Positions 45,779-52,969 of a stretch of DNA of 64,000 nt are shown one piece after another. Position 1 is the first letter of the stretch. Every line of letters starts with the position of its first letter. The notes beneath the pieces were generated by a model, which was not told the DNA's origin, made no database searches, and saw only the letters and a list, made by a program, of their open reading frames with translations. The stretch is taken from positions 124,001 to 188,000 of IMG/VR virus record IMGVR_UViG_3300024502_000010; one strand, given 5' to 3'. The translations under genes and the position numbers were made by a program.

Positions 45779-45795
45779 TGGGAGCAGAGGGATTC
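45779..45795 (-). pseudogene. orphan tRNA 3' end (T-arm 3' strand, acceptor 3' strand and A73)
   Basis: GAAT-CCCTC-TGCTCCC-A directly after the HNH gene. Confidence 0.6.
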
Positions 45796-45801
45796 ATTTT
45801 T

Positions 45802-46338
45802 TTACTTATTCATACAAAACTTAGGATGTTGCTTGTCCTTACTGTAACGTCCACCGTTACTCTTTTGGGGTGGTAAAGTTTTTTGTGCGTGGCAGTTGGG
45901 ACAGACCACTTGTAGATTTTCAGGGGCGTGGTTGAAAGGGTCGTCGTCTATGTGGTCCACCTCAAGGCAGGTTCGTCCGGTATGAATGTTTGTTCCAGAC
46001 CAACCACAAAGGGAACACTTACCCCCACTCGCTTCTAATAAGTAAGCACGAACACCGCTGGGAACATAACCCTGCCCTGTATGGTTCAGTTCTCCTACTT
46101 TCCACTTATCTATTGTCCATTGTCTCTTGGCTGCAGCACTACACTTGTTAGAACAGAACTTGCCAGTAGAACTCTTTTTCTTATAGTCAAACTCTACACT
46201 GCAGTAATTACAGATGGCGGTGTCCCAACCAGTTCTTTTCCTCTTAGGAGACTTCTTATTATTATAGGTTACAGAACACGAACGGGAGCAGAACTTAGGT
46301 TTATCGTTCTCACACCCGCAGTTTAAACAAGTAGTCAT
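45802..46338 (-). CDS. HNH homing endonuclease
   Basis: CSLC...LEVDHID.....N...NLQVVCPNCH; N-terminal FCSRSC / FCSNKC zinc repeats. Confidence 0.9.
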   Translation of the reverse strand: MTTCLNCGCENDKPKFCSRSCSVTYNNKKSPKRKRTGWDTAICNYCSVEFDYKKKSSTGKFCSNKCSAAAKRQWTIDKWKVGELNHTGQGYVPSGVRAYLLEASGGKCSLCGWSGTNIHTGRTCLEVDHIDDDPFNHAPENLQVVCPNCHAQKTLPPQKSNGGRYSKDKQHPKFCMNK

Positions 46339-46392
46339 AATAGAACCGAATACCTTTTATTATTTATAACACAAGTATTCGTTTTAGTAAAG

Positions 46393-46464
46393 TGCCCGAA
46401 GAGGGACTTGAACCCCCAACATTTTCGGTGTAAACGAAACGCTCTGCCTTTGAGCTATTCGGGC
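46393..46464 (-). tRNA. tRNA-Val(UAC)
   Basis: GCCCGAA/UUCGGGC; UUUCG-UUUACAC-CGAAA. Confidence 0.92.
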
Positions 46465-46466
46465 AA

Positions 46467-46540
46467 GCTCCCATCGTAGGTACTGCCCCTACCAATCTCT
46501 GATTAACAGTCAGGCCCGTTCGCTTGCTCGGTCGATGGGA
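46467..46540 (-). tRNA. atypical tRNA-Asn(GUU)
   Basis: UCCCAUC/GAUGGGA, G73; CUGA-CUGUUAA-UCAG; T-loop GGCAGUA; D-loop lacks GG. Confidence 0.7.
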
Positions 46541-46544
46541 ATAA

Positions 46545-46614
46545 AGGAAGTTACTGGACTTACACCAGTTCAAAGGGCATTGTCTGCTTGTCTCGATTCT
46601 TTGACTTAACTTCC
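46545..46614 (-). ncRNA. tRNA-like element with degenerate anticodon arm
   Basis: GGAAGUU/AACUUCC; D-like GUC/GAC; T-like ACUGG-UGUAAGU-CCAGU. Confidence 0.55.
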
Positions 46615-46654
46615 TTTGGCGTCTTTCTATGCTATCTGCATAACGACTACCAAG

Positions 46655-46726
46655 AGCGAAAGACGAGATTCGAACTCGCAACAACCTGCTTGGAAGGCAG
46701 GGACTCTACCGTTGAGTTACTTTCGC
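46655..46726 (-). tRNA. tRNA-Gly(UCC)
   Basis: CCUGC-CUUCCAA-GCAGG; U73. Confidence 0.95.
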
Positions 46727-46765
46727 AATGAGACAATCATAAACTATTTAAGTTTGATTGTCAAG

Positions 46766-46848
46766 TGCTCCAGAGAAGATTTGAACTTCCACGCTTTTTA
46801 AGGCGGCGGATTCTAAGTCCGCTGTGTCTACCGTTCCACCACTGAAGC
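46766..46848 (-). tRNA. tRNA-Leu(UAG)
   Basis: GCGGA-CUUAGAA-UCCGC; long variable arm; A73. Confidence 0.93.
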
Positions 46849-46931
46849 AGATGGAGTAAGCGTAATATACCTCATAAGGATATAACAGAGGCTTACCCTC
46901 TATCACTTTTATGTATGGAGATAAACTCCAA

Positions 46932-47004
46932 CAGGCACAGAGGGACTCGAACCCCCAATCGTCATCTTAGAAGGATGTTGCATTATCCATTATGCTATGT
47001 GCCC
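46932..47004 (-). tRNA. tRNA-Arg(UCU)
   Basis: CAUC-CUUCUAA-GAUG; UUCGAGU T-loop. Confidence 0.93.
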
Positions 47005-47009
47005 ATAAA

Positions 47010-47060
47010 GTAGGTTCCTATCGCCGCCATTCCTGAACCTACCGAAGGGGAATGCCGCAG
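47010..47060 (-). ncRNA. candidate H-type pseudoknot RNA in a tRNA spacer
   Basis: P1 CUGC..CAUUCC/GGAAUG-GCGG; P2 GUAGGUUC/GAACCUAC. Confidence 0.55.
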
Positions 47061-47109
47061 TTGATTTCTCAACTCTTATATTGTACCAGTTGTTTGGAAA
47101 CTGGTCAAG

Positions 47110-47181
47110 TGGGAAATGGTGGATTTGAACCACCGACCTCTGCGTTATCAGCACATTGCTCTACCACTGAGCTAATCTCCC
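47110..47181 (-). tRNA. tRNA-Ile(GAU)
   Basis: UGUG-CUGAUAA-CGCA; canonical D and T arms. Confidence 0.93.
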
Positions 47182-47273
47182 TGGCGGAAGTGGTTGGATT
47201 CGAACCAACGGATGCACTTAGGTACATCGGCGGATTAGCAATCCACTGCATTAGACCTCTCTGCCACACTTCC
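47182..47273 (-). tRNA. tRNA-Ser(GCU), CCA encoded
   Basis: GUGGA-UUGCUAA-UCCGC; long variable arm. Confidence 0.95.
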
Positions 47274-47275
47274 AA

Positions 47276-47347
47276 TAGTCCCTACGGGAATCGAACCCGT
47301 GTCTACACCGTGAAAGGGTGGTGTCCTAACCGCTAGACGAAGGGACC
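47276..47347 (-). tRNA. tRNA-Glu(UUC)
   Basis: CACC-CUUUCAC-GGUG. Confidence 0.95.
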
Positions 47348-47350
47348 AGG

Positions 47351-47432
47351 TGGGCAGGGAGGGATTTGAACCCCCGTAGGCAGAGCCAGCGGATTTACAG
47401 TCCGCCTCCATTAACCACTCGGACACCTACCC
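47351..47432 (-). tRNA. tRNA-Tyr(GUA)
   Basis: GCGGA-CUGUAAA-UCCGC; long variable arm. Confidence 0.95.
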
Positions 47433-47442
47433 GACTTTTCTA

Positions 47443-47847
47443 TTATATAGGTTCTTTGGGGCAACTGTCAACCCATGGAGCGCATAGTCTCATCTCCCCA
47501 CCAAGTAATCGTTGAGCCTCAGAGTTATCTGGAGCTTTCTCAATCAACCTGGGCAAAGGTACTCTAGGTGGATCTGAGTCTCTTGTCAAGTCCTCATAAT
47601 CACGAATTGCTTTATCCACATCACGCTCAACTCTCCTACCAACCACAGCAGGGTCCTGAAGCAGCACATCGTTGATTACGGTGCCTGGGAACAGAGATCT
47701 CTGAACCTCGTCTAGAAGGTCCCAGAGGCGCTCCTGAGGCGCTCCTGTGCATTGGGAGAGGGTTGCTACGATACCACTGAGTATGACGCTTATAAGGATT
47801 ATCTGCTTCTTATCAGGTTTCTTCTTTCCGAAGTTAAAATTGAACAT
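47443..47847 (-). CDS. membrane-anchored hypothetical protein
   Basis: ORF track; N-terminal TM helix. Confidence 0.75.
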   Translation of the reverse strand: MFNFNFGKKKPDKKQIILISVILSGIVATLSQCTGAPQERLWDLLDEVQRSLFPGTVINDVLLQDPAVVGRRVERDVDKAIRDYEDLTRDSDPPRVPLPRLIEKAPDNSEAQRLLGGEMRLCAPWVDSCPKEPI

Positions 47848-47883
47848 AAAAAAAGAGGAGTAGCAACCGCTCTCCTCTATTTA

Positions 47884-49086
47884 TTATTTTTGTCTAGCTC
47901 TTTGAAGGGCTCTCATAAGAGCACCAGATCTAGTCGTTGATTTTTCAGTATTACTAGAATTTTTTTCACGATTTTCTCTACTTGGAATTACTCTCCTATT
48001 ATCAGAAGAATCACCCGGATGAATTGCTTGAAATCTTGATTTTGTTGTTTCACTTCTTCTATTTGGTTGTGCTTGAATATGATCTACATCATGCTTTTGC
48101 CCTGTTTCCTGAGACTTACTTTTTGCCTCATCTCTTTGAGACTTTTTCCTTCCCCTTTCAATTCTTAATGCTCTATTCGCATTTTTTTTACAATCACCCG
48201 GATGCAAATTTCTTTTACAATGATCTTCCAACTCTTTATGACTAATCGCTTTTAGATTTTCTTTTCTCCTTTCATCTTGGTCTTTTCTTTTTTCTTTGGA
48301 TTCTAGTCCCCAATATGGAGTTTCTGCAGTTTGTCTATTTTTTAATCTATAAGCATTTGGATTTTCTTGTGATTGTCGAATTTTCTCAGCATCTTCTCTA
48401 GAACGGATTCTAGTATATTTTCTTGCTTCTAAAATAATATAACACTCATATATAAACTCACTAAAAGTTTTTCCATTAAAGGAATCACTCAACTTCGCCA
48501 TCTGAACACCAGTCTTGGGATTTCTTTCTCCCATTCCTAGTTTCTTATAAATTCTACCTCTTTGTTCTGCACCTTCCTCACCACTTCTACTCTTTTTACC
48601 CTTAGACTTAGCAGAATCAATAGCAGTAGGAGTATTTGTAGCAACTCCTTTCTTTGACTTCATAGTATCTTTTACGCCTTTGAGAGCACCAACAAATTGT
48701 CTTGCTCTTTGTCCGGGATCTTTTACTTTAGATTTTGGAGAACCAACAGTGATATCATGAACTGGAGAATCTTTCTTAGCACCAGTTTTACCAAACTGTT
48801 TTTTTAATTCTTTACTCTGTGGCTTATCACCCTCTCTATGTTGCTTTCTTGCAGTATGAGCAGCATAATCTCCAGGAGACTTATGAGTTCTTACCCAAAC
48901 AGGAACATCTTTTCCACTCTTTTCTACTTTTGGATCTTGAATGGGACCTTTTTTCCTAAACCCCGCACGAGAAACATCTTTTCTCGCGGCACCTTCTGAT
49001 CCACGCATATTCATAGTTCCGGAAGGTCTAACTTTTTTCCCTACCATCAAAGTCCTTTCATCAAGGATTTCTTCTTGAAACTGCAT
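47884..49086 (-). CDS. late modular basic protein with C-terminal HNH-like domain
   Basis: HDVDHIQ...G.SSDNRRVIP.REN.EK at the C-terminus; internal KTFSEFI..ILE linker. Confidence 0.7.
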   Translation of the reverse strand: MQFQEEILDERTLMVGKKVRPSGTMNMRGSEGAARKDVSRAGFRKKGPIQDPKVEKSGKDVPVWVRTHKSPGDYAAHTARKQHREGDKPQSKELKKQFGKTGAKKDSPVHDITVGSPKSKVKDPGQRARQFVGALKGVKDTMKSKKGVATNTPTAIDSAKSKGKKSRSGEEGAEQRGRIYKKLGMGERNPKTGVQMAKLSDSFNGKTFSEFIYECYIILEARKYTRIRSREDAEKIRQSQENPNAYRLKNRQTAETPYWGLESKEKRKDQDERRKENLKAISHKELEDHCKRNLHPGDCKKNANRALRIERGRKKSQRDEAKSKSQETGQKHDVDHIQAQPNRRSETTKSRFQAIHPGDSSDNRRVIPSRENREKNSSNTEKSTTRSGALMRALQRARQK

Positions 49087-49101
49087 CTTTATAAGTACTT
49101 T

Positions 49102-49761
49102 TTAGGTATTTATGAAAACTCTACCATACCAAAAACCACTTGGAACTTCATCAATAGAGTTTATGTATTTGTTTTCATTTCCATTTGTAATCCACTTTTT
49201 ACCATAACAAGGATTTTTCTCACCAAGTTTTGCCTCAATATGTTTTCTTTTTGTTTCTGGATTTTGATGAGATTTGAGTGCTGCCTGTCTATGGTTCTCA
49301 ACTACTTCTGGACGATTGTGTGCTTTCTTTCCAACTCTACTTTTTAGTTTTCTCATTTCTGGATTACTCAAAGTTCTAATCAAGTTTTTTCTTGCTTTCT
49401 CTTTGAGTTTTGGATTACTCATAGGATTGTATTCTGTTTTCATCAACTCACTTCTTTTCTTGTTTGCTTCTTCACCAGCACCTTTATTACAATAAAATCC
49501 AGTAGAAGTTTGTTTTGCCCTATTAGCAAAGTGTGGATTTTTATCTACTTCATAAAAATCGTGGAGAGCACATTCTGCTTCAAGTGCTTCTTCAACACTC
49601 CCAAAAGTTTCTAATATTATTTTTTGAGTTGGATTGAAAGTTTTATCTTTGAAACTTCCAAAATAACTTACATCTTCTTCTGGAAGACATTTACATTCTC
49701 TTTTTCCAATATAACCTCTTCCATATTCCTCATAGGAATAATACACATAAAAGTGTTTCAT
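49102..49761 (-). CDS. GIY-YIG (Seg-like) homing endonuclease
   Basis: FYVY..GYIG.R...YFGS..EALEAE..N; NUMOD3-like GEKNPCYGKKW; late promoter within an RBS-masking hairpin. Confidence 0.85.
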   Translation of the reverse strand: MKHFYVYYSYEEYGRGYIGKRECKCLPEEDVSYFGSFKDKTFNPTQKIILETFGSVEEALEAECALHDFYEVDKNPHFANRAKQTSTGFYCNKGAGEEANKKRSELMKTEYNPMSNPKLKEKARKNLIRTLSNPEMRKLKSRVGKKAHNRPEVVENHRQAALKSHQNPETKRKHIEAKLGEKNPCYGKKWITNGNENKYINSIDEVPSGFWYGRVFINT

Positions 49762-49796
49762 ACTACTCTAACTTGCTGACATTACTATTTATACAA

Positions 49797-49819
49797 GAAA
49801 GGAGTGCCGAAGCACTCCA
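49797..49819 (-). terminator. terminator hairpin
   Basis: TTGGAGTGC-TTCG-GCACTCCTTTC. Confidence 0.7.
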
Positions 49820-49858
49820 ATCCCACCTGAAAAGTGTCAGCAAGTCAGGTAAAGTTAT

Positions 49859-50512
49859 TTAGACATCAGCAAGAACCAATCGTTTAGCATAGTCATAAGC
49901 ATATTGTGTTCTTGCTCCATGGTGTCCCCATCCAATCCATTCGTAGGCATAATTCATATACCTATCAATAGATTTTCCAGAAACTTTCATTCTGTTTTCA
50001 ATACTCTTCCATTGTGGTTCAGTAGTAATATACCGAAGTTGAGTATCAGCAGTAGAAGGATTACCTCCTATTTTTTTAGCAAAAGCACCCAGTCCATAAT
50101 AACGAGAAGCAGAAGTAAATTGTATCAAACCATAACCTCTTCCACAATTATAGTATGAGGTTCTACTACCACCTTCACAAATGTTAGGCACGAATGTTGA
50201 TTCCTGTCTAATATTGCCCATGATGGTAGCAAGGGCGTTTCTGTCTCTAATACCACGATCCTGGAAAAATGCCAGGGTAGCATTCTCATGTTCATTACAC
50301 CCTTTACAAATTAGTCTTTTCTCTTTTGGCTTTGGTGGTGCAACCTCTAGGATTGCTGTCTTCTCGGGTTCAAACTCTTTAATAATAGAATAAGGTTTTT
50401 CATCCACTGGGGGAGGAGGACCTTGCAGTTTATAACTAGAGAAAGGCAGTGATGCCGTATTGGTTGTAACCATTGCTAAAAGAGGAACGGCTACAGTAAA
50501 GAAGTTTAGCAT
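49859..50512 (-). CDS. phage tail lysozyme-family protein with N-terminal signal/anchor
   Basis: ATIMGNIRQES.F.P...E, GYGLIQFT and TQL.Y motifs; start at MLNFFTV. Confidence 0.75.
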   Translation of the reverse strand: MLNFFTVAVPLLAMVTTNTASLPFSSYKLQGPPPPVDEKPYSIIKEFEPEKTAILEVAPPKPKEKRLICKGCNEHENATLAFFQDRGIRDRNALATIMGNIRQESTFVPNICEGGSRTSYYNCGRGYGLIQFTSASRYYGLGAFAKKIGGNPSTADTQLRYITTEPQWKSIENRMKVSGKSIDRYMNYAYEWIGWGHHGARTQYAYDYAKRLVLADV

Positions 50513-50666
50513 TAAAATTAATTGAACTCTACATCCGTATAGAAAGGGGGTACACCCTTTTCTCAAAGGGCACTTTCCACGGCTCTAATTGTCACTCAAA
50601 GTCTCATTACAAGAAAACCCACCTTATGGTGGGTTATAAACATTATAAGTTTTTATTTAGAATCTG

Positions 50667-50861
50667 TCAAGATTCCACTTCTTCAGAAGTTTCTTTGGAT
50701 TCTGGCTCTGGCAAAGTAACTCCAATTTGTGTTAGATACTCAATAGCTCCTTGAACTTTCCAAAAAAGTTCTCTGTTTTGATTAATTTCTGATTCAAGTT
50801 TAACTCTTTGTTCTAAAAGTTGTTGTAGATGTTGCTGCTGTTCTGTCATTTTTTTTCTCAA
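50667..50861 (-). CDS. small coiled-coil protein
   Basis: ORF track. Confidence 0.65.
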   Translation of the reverse strand: MRKKMTEQQQHLQQLLEQRVKLESEINQNRELFWKVQGAIEYLTQIGVTLPEPESKETSEEVES

Positions 50862-50879
50862 ATTTTATTAAAAGTTTAT

Positions 50880-51056
50880 TTAGTAATCTTCAGGTTCTAG
50901 AGAGACAATCTCAAGTTCATCATCTTCCGGTTCAATCCACTCATAAAACTCAGCAAGAATTGCGCGTGCATCCTCTTTAGGAATGCTCATATCAGCGGCA
51001 CGGTCAAGAGACCATGACCTAACATGAGCAACAATATCTTCAGTCGTTGCGTTCAT
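50880..51056 (-). CDS. 58-aa hypothetical protein (MNATTEDIVAHVRSW...)
   Basis: C-terminal part of the track ORF; SD AAGGA. Confidence 0.65.
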   Translation of the reverse strand: MNATTEDIVAHVRSWSLDRAADMSIPKEDARAILAEFYEWIEPEDDELEIVSLEPEDY

Positions 51057-51483
51057 AATAGTCCTTTCGGAAGTACCTGTTGAGGATGTTGCTATTGTAG
51101 TATCTGGGCACTCCACTGTCAAGGGATTCTGTGAGAACATTGTTGAAGAAGAGTTGCCTTGTTTCTTCAAAGTTTGTTTTGCCCTTTGTTTTATGTAATG
51201 ATAAAATAGTGCGCGTAAAATTCTCCCTACCATATTTCTCTATATCTTCTTTGAGTTCTGGACATGAACCATAGTATTTTTTCCAATCAGATTCTGCCTT
51301 AACCTTTCTAGATTTTCCTCTCGGTGTGCGGAAGCTCCAGAAATATTTTCGACCAATATAGTCACGATTAGTTTTGTTGCAATGAATATGATATACGAAA
51401 CCAAAATAATCCTGAATATCACTCGAACCAAATTCTTTTCCATTGTAGGTCCAAGGATTCTCATAGTCAATATCTGTACTCAT
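51040..51483 (-). CDS. GIY-YIG nuclease (Seg-like)
   Basis: GFVYHI....RDYIGRK, YYGS and NFEE...YYNSNI motifs. Confidence 0.8.
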   Translation of the reverse strand: MSTDIDYENPWTYNGKEFGSSDIQDYFGFVYHIHCNKTNRDYIGRKYFWSFRTPRGKSRKVKAESDWKKYYGSCPELKEDIEKYGRENFTRTILSLHKTKGKTNFEETRQLFFNNVLTESLDSGVPRYYNSNILNRYFRKDYYERND

Positions 51484-51628
51484 CAATAATATCAAGAACT
51501 TCGTTCAGATATTTATGAGCAAGTCCTTTCATATCCATTTCGGGTCTAATATGATCTTTATAAAGATTGTCTTTTAATTTCAAAACACGAACTTTAATTT
51601 CATCTTTAGTCAGTTGATTTTTAGACAT
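51467..51628 (-). CDS. 53-aa hypothetical protein
   Basis: ORF read by hand (MSKNQLTKDEIKVRVLKLK...). Confidence 0.6.
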   Translation of the reverse strand: MSKNQLTKDEIKVRVLKLKDNLYKDHIRPEMDMKGLAHKYLNEVLDIIDEYRY

Positions 51629-51666
51629 AAAAAAGGGGAAGGATAACTTCCCCTATCTATATGAGA

Positions 51667-51816
51667 TTAAGTATTCTCACCTAACCATTCTTTGCAAAAG
51701 TCATAATCTCCAAACATAAACTCATCACATTCTGCTGCTTCTTTGTATGCGTTCAGAATTTCCTGTTCACACCATTCATCATAATTGGAATCCTGCGAAA
51801 GTATTTTTGGTAACAT
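51667..51816 (-). CDS. 49-aa acidic peptide overlapping the nrdB 3' end
   Basis: ORF read by hand (MLPKILSQDSNYDEWCEQEILNAY...). Confidence 0.5.
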   Translation of the reverse strand: MLPKILSQDSNYDEWCEQEILNAYKEAAECDEFMFGDYDFCKEWLGENT

Positions 51817-52969
51817 CTTGTTTGATTCCGCCGACTACATAACTCTCGACTTCCGTTTCCTGGGGAGCAACCTGGAGACCTTTAGAGGAAATCCAGTGCT
51901 GTGTCCAAGGAAGTGGATTATTGTTTGCTGAAATATCGTATTGGGGTTTTAGTCCAATTGCTTTAAGTCTTCTATTTGCTACCCATTCAACATATTGTTG
52001 AAGAAGTTTGTCGTTTAATCCAATCATGCTGCCATCTTTGAACAGATAATCTGCCCATTTCTTCTCTTCGTTTACAGCACGATCAAACATCTTATAAGTC
52101 CATTCCTCTTCTTCTTTCATAATCTTTTGCATTTCTGGATCATCACCTTCTCTCCACTTATTCAGAATGTTCTGAGTAAGTGCTAAGTGTTGGTTTTCAT
52201 CTCTTGCGATAAGAGAGATGATTTTAGCAGATCCTTCCATAAGCTTAAGTTCACCAAAGGCGAAACTACAAGCAAAACTAACGTAGAAGCGAATACCTTC
52301 AAGAATATTAACGTTTGCGACTGCTCTGTACAGTTTTCGTTTGACATCATTGAGATTTTCCCTTGCGTATGTGACTCCTTCAAGTTGTTGCTTCCAAGTT
52401 TCGGAAGTACCATAATTCTGTGCAGATTGAATAAAGTCATCATAAGACTCTGTGACGCTCTTAGCACGTTCCAGAATACGCTCATCACCAATAATAGTAT
52501 CAAACACCTCAGATGGGTCTGAATATACGTTCTTGATAATGTAAGTGTATGAGCGACTATGGATCATCTCCATAAATCCCCACACTTCCATACATGCTTC
52601 TAACTCAGGGAGTGAGCAGTATGGAATGAATGCCATACCAGGACCACGACCCTGAACAGAATCAAGCATAATCTGATACTTCAGGTTAGAAGTATAAATG
52701 TGCTTCTGTTCAGGGCGAAGTGTTTGATAATCTCCACGATCCTTCTGGAGAGACACCTCTTCGGGTCTCCAGAAGTATCCAAGTTGCTGAGTGGTTAGTT
52801 TATCAAAAATAGGATATTTGTATGAATCGTATCTTTGAACCCCAAGTGGTTTACCAAAAAACATTGGTTGTTTTTTGGTGTCAACTTTTTCAGTATTAAA
52901 AACAGTCATTCCTTTAATATTTGTTTGAGGTTCTTCTGTTGAAGAAATTTTAAACTGCACAGGATTCAC
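51779..52969 (-). CDS. nrdB: ribonucleotide reductase class Ia beta subunit
   Basis: FWRPEEV, DSVQGR, EMIHSRSY, LEGIRFY and RDENQH di-iron ligands; no intron. Confidence 0.97.
   Translation of the reverse strand: MNPVQFKISSTEEPQTNIKGMTVFNTEKVDTKKQPMFFGKPLGVQRYDSYKYPIFDKLTTQQLGYFWRPEEVSLQKDRGDYQTLRPEQKHIYTSNLKYQIMLDSVQGRGPGMAFIPYCSLPELEACMEVWGFMEMIHSRSYTYIIKNVYSDPSEVFDTIIGDERILERAKSVTESYDDFIQSAQNYGTSETWKQQLEGVTYARENLNDVKRKLYRAVANVNILEGIRFYVSFACSFAFGELKLMEGSAKIISLIARDENQHLALTQNILNKWREGDDPEMQKIMKEEEEWTYKMFDRAVNEEKKWADYLFKDGSMIGLNDKLLQQYVEWVANRRLKAIGLKPQYDISANNNPLPWTQHWISSKGLQVAPQETEVESYVVGGIKQDVTKNTFAGFQL

Noticed and set aside
46364-47426. Track ORFs across the tRNA cluster
   Set aside because: They overlap well-formed tRNA genes; not coding
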